Positions 20,754 through 29,863 of a DNA stretch of 64,000 bases are shown one piece after another. The notes under the pieces were generated by a model, which did no database searches, was not told where the DNA came from, and worked only from the letters and a program-made list of their open reading frames with translations. The translations under genes were made by a program, and so were the position numbers. Numbering within the stretch: position 1 is the stretch's first letter; each line of letters opens with the position of its first letter. Origin of the DNA: Escherichia phage vB_EcoM_ESCO10; the sequence record OM386655.1. One strand, written 5' to 3'.

Positions 20754-21392
20754 TTAACCTCGAGCAACCCATTCAACGGCTGTATTATTACGAAGAGATT
20801 CGATAGCTGCTATATCGTCCCACGAATTAACCTTTACTGCTAAATTAGGTTTAAAGTCACGTTCACCACGGGCCAACCAATAAACTTGGATATCCATGAG
20901 AACATTAGATGCAGCATCACAGTGGTGAGCCAAATCATCAACATAAAACTTAATACGCTTACCATAAGTATTTTTAGCTCTTACGAACAGGTCTTCTTTT
21001 GATTCTGAATGGCCACACATCAGAATCTCCTTGAATGCGCCAGGGAACAAAGCATTCAAATTGAATTGTCTATTCAGCAGGGCATCAATTGAGTCGCCTA
21101 GCGCAGTCACGGCTACAAAATCGAAGTCTTTTTTGAGCTTGTTGATATGTTTTAGTGCGTCCATATAAGGAGACAGATAACGAATGAAATCTGACTGATT
21201 GTATTTCTCGATTAAACGAGCGCCTAATTCGTTGTCACAATTAAACAACTCACCTGGAGATAAGAAACGTTCGTCCTGAATCATATTCAAAATATGTTCT
21301 AAAGGCAGATTATATTTCTGTGCAAAATAAGGCAAGCCAGACTGCCAACTTAAACATACTCCATCGATATCTGTTAAGATAACTGGTTTCAT
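20754..21392 (-). CDS. HAD-superfamily-like hydrolase (30.2-like)
   Basis: N-terminal DIDGV motif-I-like sequence. Confidence 0.5.
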   Translation of the reverse strand: MKPVILTDIDGVCLSWQSGLPYFAQKYNLPLEHILNMIQDERFLSPGELFNCDNELGARLIEKYNQSDFIRYLSPYMDALKHINKLKKDFDFVAVTALGDSIDALLNRQFNLNALFPGAFKEILMCGHSESKEDLFVRAKNTYGKRIKFYVDDLAHHCDAASNVLMDIQVYWLARGERDFKPNLAVKVNSWDDIAAIESLRNNTAVEWVARG

Positions 21393-21856
21393 AATAAATC
21401 TCTCAATTTGTTTAGGATGTCGATAAACTCTTTTTCAGTTAGTATTGTATCACATTCTGTAAGGTGGCTTGCCATCGAATGCTTTAAAACTTTGCCTTTT
21501 GTAGCTTGTAATGCGTCGCGGAATCCTTTGTTTTGGAGCGCCGCTTCAAAATACGCATTTTCATACAACTCTTTCCATGCTGCAGAGTATCTTGAAAACG
21601 GAACTCCAAGCCAGAACAACGTGCCACGGTCCGCAGCTCTTGCATAAGCTCTTCCAGTTTGTTGGGCTGCAAGCCCGGACATCCTAAATATACGTCTTTG
21701 TTGTTCAACATTTTTCACCTTACACCCTTGGAGGAATCCTTCGAGTCCACCAAATTGGATACCGTCCATAACAAAAGGCCACTTAGCAAAGTTACTTAAT
21801 GCACATGATGGCCATGGGAAATTACTTCTAATTTCTAACTCAGACATCTTTAACAC
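21389..21856 (-). CDS. NADAR (YbiA/DUF1768)-like protein, putative ADP-ribose processing enzyme (30.3-like)
   Basis: F-SNF...PF..DG..F...EG.LQ..K......Q..I......A...GR pattern resembling NADAR signature. Confidence 0.5.
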   Translation of the reverse strand: MLKMSELEIRSNFPWPSCALSNFAKWPFVMDGIQFGGLEGFLQGCKVKNVEQQRRIFRMSGLAAQQTGRAYARAADRGTLFWLGVPFSRYSAAWKELYENAYFEAALQNKGFRDALQATKGKVLKHSMASHLTECDTILTEKEFIDILNKLRDLL

Positions 21857-22052
21857 TTATAATATCGATATCACACCAATGGCCATAACCCGGTAGACGG
21901 TCTTCAACAGATAAACCGCTGACATATTTGAGCATCGTTGTTTTCATTATAACAGGTTCAATATCTTGACCGCCTGGGCGAACGTCTGTTACGCGATAAG
22001 TCACTTCGACCATTTCAGTACCTAACAATTTCTGAATCAGTTTCTTAAACAT
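21840..22052 (-). CDS. hypothetical protein (70 aa)
   Basis: ORF track; overlapping start/stop packing. Confidence 0.45.
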   Translation of the reverse strand: MFKKLIQKLLGTEMVEVTYRVTDVRPGGQDIEPVIMKTTMLKYVSGLSVEDRLPGYGHWCDIDIISVKDV

Positions 22053-22053
22053 A

Positions 22054-22248
22054 TTATCCTCGCTTTAAACATTTGATTACAGACAATTCTTGTCCCATGC
22101 GTACGTCTTCAGTTCCGTCAACCCACAGGACTGAATAGGCTTCTTTAATTACTTTACCGTTAATTTTAAAAGCAGGTAAAACCTTTGAAATCATTCCAGG
22201 AATACCTATGCCTTTTAACTGGACTGTTTGTGATAAAAATAGTTGCAT
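22054..22248 (-). CDS. hypothetical protein (64 aa)
   Basis: ORF track; tight packing. Confidence 0.4.
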   Translation of the reverse strand: MQLFLSQTVQLKGIGIPGMISKVLPAFKINGKVIKEAYSVLWVDGTEDVRMGQELSVIKCLKRG

Positions 22249-22535
22249 TAGAACCTCATCTGAAATCCGTGTGATTTAACATTACCACCATAGACATCAG
22301 AGGTATTGACTTCACGTGCAGCGCTAGGGTCAATGTTAATATCATGGTTGAGCTTAGTGATTGCTAGGGTATCACGACCATTGACGGTACGGAATTCTAC
22401 AGGGCATACCACATCAGCATAGGCCTTAATAGATTCACGAGTAGGCTGTTTGTCAGCAGGAACACCTTTACCGGCTTTAGAGAAAACAACTTCACAGAAA
22501 TTTTTACGAGTATCGAAATAAGTGGTCATAAACAT
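22248..22535 (-). CDS. hypothetical protein (95 aa)
   Basis: ORF track; GAGGA SD. Confidence 0.45.
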   Translation of the reverse strand: MFMTTYFDTRKNFCEVVFSKAGKGVPADKQPTRESIKAYADVVCPVEFRTVNGRDTLAITKLNHDINIDPSAAREVNTSDVYGGNVKSHGFQMRF

Positions 22536-22549
22536 AATATTTTCCTCAA

Positions 22550-22565
22550 GGAGGCCGAAGCCTCC
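22550..22565 (-). promoter_or_regulatory. intercistronic RNA hairpin GGAGGC-UUCG-GCCUCC just upstream of SD
   Basis: perfect 6-bp stem with UUCG loop on minus transcript; identical copy at 60477-60492. Confidence 0.5.
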
Positions 22566-22573
22566 ATTTAAGA

Positions 22574-22939
22574 TTAGATATCAAACTCGTTAAGAACTAC
22601 ATCAAAGATTGCTTCAAGATGTTCAGGTTTAGCTCGGTTACTCAGAATATGACGAATCCAAGTTTTAACTAAGAGTTTACGATTATCACCGTTCCAACAA
22701 GGATGAGTGCCTAAATCGCGTTCACGGAAATCATCATCTAGAGCGATTTTAAAGTTGGAACCTTCCTTAGTTATTGAAAGAGTGATACCGTTTTCAAATC
22801 GCATATAAACGTAGTTAGGAGTCATGCACTGCTCGATTTCACATACTGAACCGTTTTCATGTTTCCACAGGCAAATAACTTCAGAAGAACCAGCGATACC
22901 GTTAGAAACATATTTACGTTCGAAGTTGATGTAGTTCAT
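22574..22939 (-). CDS. hypothetical protein (121 aa)
   Basis: ORF track. Confidence 0.45.
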   Translation of the reverse strand: MNYINFERKYVSNGIAGSSEVICLWKHENGSVCEIEQCMTPNYVYMRFENGITLSITKEGSNFKIALDDDFRERDLGTHPCWNGDNRKLLVKTWIRHILSNRAKPEHLEAIFDVVLNEFDI

Positions 22940-22970
22940 TTTATTATCCTTTGGTTTGATTTCGTATTAT

Positions 22971-23005
22971 TTGGTACAGGTCTATAATAACACAACCTGT
23001 ACCAA
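22971..23005. repeat. perfect 10-bp inverted repeat flanking the -10 element
   Basis: TTGGTACAGG ... 15 nt ... CCTGTACCAA. Confidence 0.7.
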
Positions 23006-23012
23006 AGTAAAA
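22984..23012 (-). promoter_or_regulatory. sigma70-like early promoter
   Basis: minus GTTTTAC, 17 nt, TATTAT. Confidence 0.4.
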
Positions 23013-23015
23013 CAT

Positions 23016-23348
23016 TTATTTCACAACATTCCAATTTTTCATATCAAGTTTACCAACTTTTTTCATCTGAGCAATCAGACGTTCGGCACGCTCACGAGCA
23101 GTAACATAATAGAATTCACCGATTTTGTTTTCTTCAATACGACCTGTAATTACAGTTTTCAGTTCATAAATCCAACCTGTAAAGAAGTTGTGAAGCTCGA
23201 TAGTAAAGGTGAAATCAGTACCCATACCTTCAGTGGTTTCAACTTCAATAATATCACCTTCAACCGCTGTCAGGACCCACATGGTTTCTTGATATTCACC
23301 GTTGAAACATTTAGCTTTAACAGATGCATTCAGGTTTACAGTTTTCAT
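23016..23348 (-). CDS. hypothetical protein (110 aa)
   Basis: ORF track; GGAGAATAAAATG SD. Confidence 0.5.
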   Translation of the reverse strand: MKTVNLNASVKAKCFNGEYQETMWVLTAVEGDIIEVETTEGMGTDFTFTIELHNFFTGWIYELKTVITGRIEENKIGEFYYVTARERAERLIAQMKKVGKLDMKNWNVVK

Positions 23349-23389
23349 TTTATTCTCCAGTTTGTTTTCGTATTTGTTGGTACAAGTCT

Positions 23390-23418
23390 ATAGTATCATG
23401 CCTACTGGAGAAGTAAAC
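23390..23418 (-). promoter_or_regulatory. sigma70-like early promoter
   Basis: minus GTTTAC, 17 nt, TACTAT; flanked by 8-bp inverted repeat 23354-23361/23404-23411. Confidence 0.5.
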
Positions 23419-23436
23419 ACTTTTTTAAAGATACAG

Positions 23437-23464
23437 AAACAAAAATGGGACTCCGAAGAGTCCC
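23437..23464 (-). terminator. intrinsic terminator
   Basis: GGGACUC-UUCG-GAGUCCC hairpin followed by UUUUUGUUU on minus strand. Confidence 0.6.
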
Positions 23465-23469
23465 ATAAC

Positions 23470-23631
23470 TTATGCCCGAGGCTTACCAAAACGAGAAGCA
23501 TCGTCGCGGATAACAGCACGAGCCCGACGCATAATCTTCTCAACTGTCTGATTGATACGTGAGTTAGACGCACGCTTGTAACCAGCGCGTTTAGAGGTTC
23601 CGTCAACTACTTTAACTTCTTTCTTAGCCAT
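23470..23631 (-). CDS. small basic protein (53 aa)
   Basis: hand-translated MAKKEVKVVDGTSKRAGYKRASNSRINQTVEKIMRRARAVIRDDASRFGKPRA; below track cutoff. Confidence 0.45.
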   Translation of the reverse strand: MAKKEVKVVDGTSKRAGYKRASNSRINQTVEKIMRRARAVIRDDASRFGKPRA

Positions 23632-23926
23632 TATAAAATCTCTTTAAATGAAAATGCAGGACTTATTGGCATTGCCTGCGCAAGCCCTCGAAGGGAACAT
23701 AGGTTTTGGATATTTAACGACAGGATAACCATAAACCTCGTCATCATACCAACCACGACTTAGACAGATAACCTTTTTCTGACGCGTGATAGTACAAAAT
23801 ACATTCAAGAGGTACACCGTAAAACTGTCGGGGTCTTAAAACTATAATGATTCGCAAATCATTAATAAGACAGTTCGACGGCTCCTCGATTTTCTAGCCG
23901 CACTAAGGTAGCGAATCACCTAAAAC

Positions 23927-24175
23927 TTATTTAAGGGTAATAACAAAATGACGTACTGCTTTACGAGCTGCCGAAGCCAAAGGCTTAGCATATTTCAGTT
24001 CATCTTTTGCTTCCAGTTCAGAAGCCAAAGCTGCCTGGACCGGGTTCAGATGTTTGAAATAACGCAGGATTTCCAGTGCTTCGGCTTCAACATCAATAGA
24101 TGCGCCATAGTTTTCGTGACCGTTGTTCCAAGCGTTGCGTTGCAGTTCAAGAGCGTGATTCAGATGTTTGTTCAT
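23927..24175 (-). CDS. rIII: rIII-like lysis-inhibition accessory protein (by synteny and size)
   Basis: 82-aa ORF immediately downstream of gene 31 as in T4. Confidence 0.5.
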   Translation of the reverse strand: MNKHLNHALELQRNAWNNGHENYGASIDVEAEALEILRYFKHLNPVQAALASELEAKDELKYAKPLASAARKAVRHFVITLK

Positions 24176-24318
24176 TTTAGTTTCTCAATTCGAGATAAAG
24201 ATTGGTGGACACGTTCTTCTGAATTTCACTTCCTTTCAGCAAGTCTCTCAGTTGTAGTCCACTGCTTAGAAGGTTGGTCATGTCCCTTTGGAGGTAGTTC
24301 TCCAACTCTTCATATTAT

Positions 24319-24326
24319 TATTTATA
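24319..24326 (-). promoter_or_regulatory. possible late promoter TATAAATA upstream of rIII
   Basis: exact match in gap between gene 31 stop and rIII, ~145 nt before rIII ATG. Confidence 0.3.
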
Positions 24327-24650
24327 TCACTTATAAAGACACGGAATAGCTTTATAATGACAAGTAACGAATTTCTGTTTAATTTCTTTAGGCTGTTTAA
24401 TACCTAATGCAACTAACGGATGAGGCACGTTAGCAATCTTACCGACAGGAAGTGGGGTCAAATCACCTACTTCACAAAAATCTTCAGGGACATCAGGTCC
24501 TACAGAATAAACTTCACAGAGTTCAGGGATTTCACCTTGATGAAGTTTGCCAATAACGATACCTGATGCAGTAGTTTCTTCATCACCAGCTTGTTTTGGT
24601 TCGGAAACGAGAATAATATATTCTCCGACCGCTTTAATAGGAAGTTCCAT
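24327..24650 (-). CDS. 31: co-chaperonin gp31 (GroES-like)
   Basis: close match to T4 gp31 (...[23 protein letters not shown]). Confidence 0.9.
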   Translation of the reverse strand: MELPIKAVGEYIILVSEPKQAGDEETTASGIVIGKLHQGEIPELCEVYSVGPDVPEDFCEVGDLTPLPVGKIANVPHPLVALGIKQPKEIKQKFVTCHYKAIPCLYK

Positions 24651-24681
24651 ATTTAATCCATGTTGTTTTGTTGATAAGATA

Positions 24682-24709
24682 ATAGTACCACATTATTCTT
24701 AAAGCATAT
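24682..24709 (-). promoter_or_regulatory. MotA-dependent middle promoter for gene 31
   Basis: minus atATGCTTtaa, 14 nt, TACTAT. Confidence 0.5.
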
Positions 24710-25008
24710 TACATGACAAGCAGAGTTTCAGTCTGGAGCCCATTAACAGAAACCAGTTTATCGAAACGGAACGAGCGCCATTCGTTGAGCTTGGTATCAA
24801 ATACCCTGATATAGCTAACAGGTTCTTTACTAGCTTCTGGCCTAGGGGCCTGGATTTCTTTATAAGGGAGCAGGTCCAGGTCGCGAGTACAAGTCATATG
24901 ACGGACACTGCCATCTGTTTTTTCAAACAGAACTTCATGAAAGCCGACAGACAAGATAGTCTTGACTTTTTCACGAAGACGGATAGTTTCTTGTTCAGTT
25001 AAAATCAT
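24709..25008 (-). CDS. hypothetical protein (31.1-like, 99 aa)
   Basis: ORF track, synteny. Confidence 0.5.
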   Translation of the reverse strand: MILTEQETIRLREKVKTILSVGFHEVLFEKTDGSVRHMTCTRDLDLLPYKEIQAPRPEASKEPVSYIRVFDTKLNEWRSFRFDKLVSVNGLQTETLLVM

Positions 25009-25010
25009 AA

Positions 25011-25244
25011 TTATTCCAAGACAGTTTTAATAGTGGTTGCATTACGCTCTTTTAGAGCACTTAATAGGTTATTACAATTCTCAAGAATAGGCGCCGTTTT
25101 GTATTTAGAATAAACATCAACCCAATCTGATTTGTAATATGACTTCCATCGAGAGAAAAAGTACTTTTTGTATTCTACTGAAAAGGCTACTAAGCTTTCA
25201 CCTTTTGAGTTCAGACCTGATATTTTAACAAGACGAAATTTCAT
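25011..25244 (-). CDS. hypothetical protein (31.2-like, 77 aa)
   Basis: ORF track, synteny. Confidence 0.45.
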   Translation of the reverse strand: MKFRLVKISGLNSKGESLVAFSVEYKKYFFSRWKSYYKSDWVDVYSKYKTAPILENCNNLLSALKERNATTIKTVLE

Positions 25245-25789
25245 TATTCACCACAATAGTTTTGAATTGATTCCCAGTTCAGAGAACGGAGGCCTGTACG
25301 GTTATACTGGATAACTTCAATCCCTGATTCACGGAGGATATCGTCCCATCCTTCAGGATTTCGGTCATAGAGTTCAGCATAAACCAATGTTTTAATTCCG
25401 GACTGCGCAATAGACTTAGCACAATCTGCACACGGAGATAATGTCACGTACATAGTAGCTCCGTCAATAGAACTTCCGGTACGAGCCGCAAACAAAATGG
25501 CGTTCAGTTCGGCGTGGATTTCATTTTTAGATGACCATGCGGCATGAGCCATACGATGTTCTTTAAGAAGAATTGATTTATGCGACATTCGTGCAGTGTC
25601 ATACACAACCCGAGTCCAGTCTTGTTCAACTGCATGGTCACAACAGTTCACACCACCGGAAGGCGAACCATTATATCCTGTAGAAATAATGCGGCCATTC
25701 TTTTCGATAACTGCACCCACTTTCCATGAACAACATTTTGATTCTTGAGAAATCAGATATGCAATCTGAAGGTATGTGCTTGCTCTCAT
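25244..25789 (-). CDS. cd: dCMP deaminase
   Basis: HAELNA...SPCADCAK zinc-binding deaminase motifs. Confidence 0.9.
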   Translation of the reverse strand: MRASTYLQIAYLISQESKCCSWKVGAVIEKNGRIISTGYNGSPSGGVNCCDHAVEQDWTRVVYDTARMSHKSILLKEHRMAHAAWSSKNEIHAELNAILFAARTGSSIDGATMYVTLSPCADCAKSIAQSGIKTLVYAELYDRNPEGWDDILRESGIEVIQYNRTGLRSLNWESIQNYCGE

Positions 25790-26127
25790 TACATCACCAC
25801 TAGATAAGCTGTGTTATTGGTTTCGACACGATATAAATCGGTACGAAGTTTAGTGATAGATTTCACACGTGAGGTTAATATACCATAACCGTCTGGGAAG
25901 CGTTTTTGTTTATCGAAAAATACTGCCGCTGGTATTCTATCACCAATTTCAACAGGAAGAACGGTAGCCAGAACAGCATCGTAAGTCGAAATATGAATAC
26001 TTTGGAAATCTTCACTCAGCTTAAAAAGGTCTTTGATATACTGAGCAGCATTTTCAGAGAGACCTCGATGGTCTCCGTCTTCATCAGATTGTAAGGCGGC
26101 ATTAACCGCTGATTTCAAATTAAACAT
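25789..26127 (-). CDS. hypothetical protein
   Basis: ORF track from internal ATG. Confidence 0.4.
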   Translation of the reverse strand: MFNLKSAVNAALQSDEDGDHRGLSENAAQYIKDLFKLSEDFQSIHISTYDAVLATVLPVEIGDRIPAAVFFDKQKRFPDGYGILTSRVKSITKLRTDLYRVETNNTAYLVVM

Positions 26128-26353
26128 TATAAACTCGCTGCGCTTCGACCAAACCATCAGAACCGAGTTTCAACTGGGTAATTTGGTCGCCATCTTTAGG
26201 ATTAACGATAACTAATACCGTACGTGGAGATTCCTGGATTACACGCAGAGTGGCATCAGGAAAACGTACGGAAACCTTATTAATCAGGGCCTGAGCAAAT
26301 TCTTTAACTTTAACATGGAACTGCTCTACAGTAATAGGTTGTTCGCTCAGCAT
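26120..26353 (-). CDS. hypothetical protein (77 aa)
   Basis: ORF track. Confidence 0.4.
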   Translation of the reverse strand: MLSEQPITVEQFHVKVKEFAQALINKVSVRFPDATLRVIQESPRTVLVIVNPKDGDQITQLKLGSDGLVEAQRVYNV

Positions 26354-26907
26354 CAGATAGTCTCCAACTTAAGTTGTCTTGTAGTGGTAGCTTGGGTAAC
26401 GTCGCCTTTAACGATATAACACACTTGTTGGAATGAATTAATCAAAAGCTCCTCGGCTTGTCGATCAGCTTGTTCCTTTGTGTTATGGCGAGAATGGACT
26501 TCAATCTTACCATTTTTAACTACAAGCACTTTCCAGTCGGCAGTAGTTTTTACAGGTTTAGGCTCATCGTTTTCAGGAATACTTACTGATGCCAATGGAC
26601 GTACCACTTCAATAAAGCATTCGAATTCATGGCCAAAAAAGCCTTCTGAATTAAAAAGAACACTATTTGAATCATCAGGATTACCTGTGATTTTACTCAG
26701 GTCAACAAACATCATCTCGTCATATACACGAATTCGGCTTACACGTTCGCGCCCATTATGATAATCAATTTCAACTTCAAACGGATTCATACCTACATAC
26801 TTGGCAAAAGCAGTATTAAGCCTGTAAGCACCGTTATTAGTGAATTTATTTTTATAATGCTCGCTTATAAATTTGTAAAACTTACGCTCTTCAAAGAACT
26901 TACCCAT
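26353..26907 (-). CDS. hypothetical protein (184 aa)
   Basis: ORF track; GAGGAAATCGAAATG SD; own early promoter. Confidence 0.5.
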   Translation of the reverse strand: MGKFFEERKFYKFISEHYKNKFTNNGAYRLNTAFAKYVGMNPFEVEIDYHNGRERVSRIRVYDEMMFVDLSKITGNPDDSNSVLFNSEGFFGHEFECFIEVVRPLASVSIPENDEPKPVKTTADWKVLVVKNGKIEVHSRHNTKEQADRQAEELLINSFQQVCYIVKGDVTQATTTRQLKLETI

Positions 26908-26935
26908 TTCGATTTCCTCATGTGTTGGTAGGACT

Positions 26936-26965
26936 ACTATACCACAGTCCTACCATGGTGTAAAC
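26936..26965 (-). promoter_or_regulatory. sigma70-like early promoter with extended -10
   Basis: minus GTTTAC, 18 nt, TGgTATAGT; 9-bp inverted repeat 26927-26935/26946-26954 flanks -10. Confidence 0.45.
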
Positions 26966-26967
26966 AC

Positions 26968-27246
26968 TTAAATTGCTTCGACAACTACCGTTTGTTTCTG
27001 GAAGTCCATTTTGCATGAAATAGCCAAAATATGGTCATCAATTTTAAATGGAACAATTGCAAATGCTGCGCCTGGCGTGAGTTGAACAGTGATTGCATCA
27101 ACTGCATCCGGGAACATGATTTCCAGAATAGCAGACAAACGACCATGCACTTTTAGTTCAGTCGACACGTCGACGCTTTCGTATAGATAATCGGATACGA
27201 TCTGACTAAAAACTACTTTAACAATTTCAGAATAGGTAGGAAACAT
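26968..27246 (-). CDS. hypothetical protein (92 aa)
   Basis: ORF track. Confidence 0.45.
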   Translation of the reverse strand: MFPTYSEIVKVVFSQIVSDYLYESVDVSTELKVHGRLSAILEIMFPDAVDAITVQLTPGAAFAIVPFKIDDHILAISCKMDFQKQTVVVEAI

Positions 27247-27292
27247 TTCTTTTCTCGCTCAGTTATTGGGGTTATTCAAAGGACCTAGACCC

Positions 27293-27320
27293 ATTATAAC
27301 ATAAAATTTTTTAAAGCATT
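27293..27320 (-). promoter_or_regulatory. MotA-dependent middle promoter
   Basis: minus taaTGCTTtaa, 15 nt, TATAAT. Confidence 0.45.
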
Positions 27321-27534
27321 AATGAACGGTATGCACCTTGACATTAACGATAAATCGGTCGACGACTTCAGTCAGCGGAACGAACTCAACGTAGTACTCG
27401 CCTTTGTAACGTTCGTTCAAATCGTTACGCAGTGCGGCCAGGTTATTGATAAGAGCAGGAGACATATTCTGCCCTACCAGTTTCTGAAGCTCTTTATAAG
27501 CTTCTTCTTCGATTTCATGGTGTTTGTTATACAT
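27319..27534 (-). CDS. hypothetical protein
   Basis: ORF track from internal ATG. Confidence 0.4.
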   Translation of the reverse strand: MYNKHHEIEEEAYKELQKLVGQNMSPALINNLAALRNDLNERYKGEYYVEFVPLTEVVDRFIVNVKVHTVH

Positions 27535-27723
27535 AATGTTCTTCCAAGAAGGCAAGGAGTTCCGGTGCGGATTTAAAAATACCACCATCCACCTTGTCTT
27601 CATTATCATAGTCCATTACATCCAGGCCAATACGTCCATCAGTTAAAGGCCATACGCCGAAGTAAAAGCATTTACGTTTTTCAATCTCTTCGATTGTACG
27701 AAAAATCTTTTCGATGTTATTCA

Positions 27724-27724
<1 letters not shown>
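27527..27724 (-). CDS. hypothetical protein
   Basis: ORF track from internal ATG abutting pseT stop. Confidence 0.4.
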
Positions 27725-28924
<1,200 letters not shown>

Positions 28925-28928
<4 letters not shown>

Positions 28929-29407
28929 ACACCAAGCTCCTTATAAAGTTCTTCGCGACAGGTTTTAAGGATTTTACCAGTTTCATAAGCTGTGCTTTCA
29001 GAAACATCACCAAGTGCAGCGGCAGCTTGCATTTGACCATGGCGTTTAGCAGCATATTCAAAACTTTTTACTAGCTCACGAATACGTTCTTTTTCATTGT
29101 ATTCTCCAATAAATTCTGGATATTCCCAAACCGGGCGCATCATACGATACCACTGTTGGATGGTAATATAATTACTTCCATTCAAATTAATAATCTGTGA
29201 AGGCTCAATAGACCCTGGAGCATAAAAAGTTACCTGTCTTACTACATCAATACCGTCTACAATAGCCCAAGCAAAATCGAAAGTTGCCTTCTTTTCAATC
29301 GGCGTGCTTGCACAGGACCCTAGTTTAAGGAGCTTTTGTAATACAGGAGATTTAATACTTGAAATGTATTCAGGCTTAGCCACAAAACTGTTATCACGTA
29401 ATGTCAT
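28925..29407 (-). CDS. hypothetical protein (160 aa)
   Basis: ORF track; SD; own early promoter. Confidence 0.5.
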
Positions 29408-29439
29408 AATAATTTCCTCAATTTATAATCCGTAGGAGC

Positions 29440-29469
29440 ATTATACTCTGCTCCCAAGAGTTTGTAAAC
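29440..29469 (-). promoter_or_regulatory. sigma70-like early promoter
   Basis: minus GTTTACA, 17-18 nt, TATAAT. Confidence 0.5.
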
Positions 29470-29474
29470 TACTT

Positions 29475-29576
29475 TCCAAAAAGACCATGCATACACATGC
29501 TGAACACAATCCCAAAACAAAAGAATGCAGCGCCAAATCTAACAGCATCCCAACCACAAACACATGTCTCGATCAT
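29475..29576 (-). CDS. possible small Cys-rich hydrophobic peptide (33 aa)
   Basis: hand-translated MIETCVCGWDAVRFGAAFFCFGIVFSMCMHGLFGK; ATGA overlap with o-spanin stop. Confidence 0.25.
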
Positions 29577-29863
29577 TTACACTTCTCCTCTTTTAACCCA
29601 GAACGATAATAACATAACATAGATTTCTGGTCTTGTACATATCTTTTTACATCGTTTAACCAAATACGATGTTCTTGGGAGTCTTCGAACGGCATTCCAA
29701 CCCAAGCCTTACCATCGATTACCTTGACCTGCCACTTAACATTATGTTCGGCAATAGGTTGTGGCCATGAAGGGTGCAGTTGTTGCTTAGGCGCCACAGG
29801 AACATCCTGAGCACACCCGACTAACAAGCCAATAGATAACATTACCACAGCTGATTTAATCAT
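29573..29863 (-). CDS. o-spanin (outer-membrane lipoprotein), pseT.2-like
   Basis: signal peptide with lipobox LVGC; 4-nt overlap with upstream i-spanin. Confidence 0.6.
   Translation of the reverse strand: MIKSAVVMLSIGLLVGCAQDVPVAPKQQLHPSWPQPIAEHNVKWQVKVIDGKAWVGMPFEDSQEHRIWLNDVKRYVQDQKSMLCYYRSGLKEEKCK

Noticed and set aside
23632-23926. tRNA gene or CRISPR array in the non-coding gap
   Set aside because: No cloverleaf-compatible GTTC/TTCGA arms or anticodon stem found by eye; no direct-repeat/spacer periodicity anywhere in the window.
23948-24349. 133-aa plus-strand ORF
   Set aside because: Lies antisense to rIII and the gene 31 junction, with no SD or promoter; taken as a shadow ORF.
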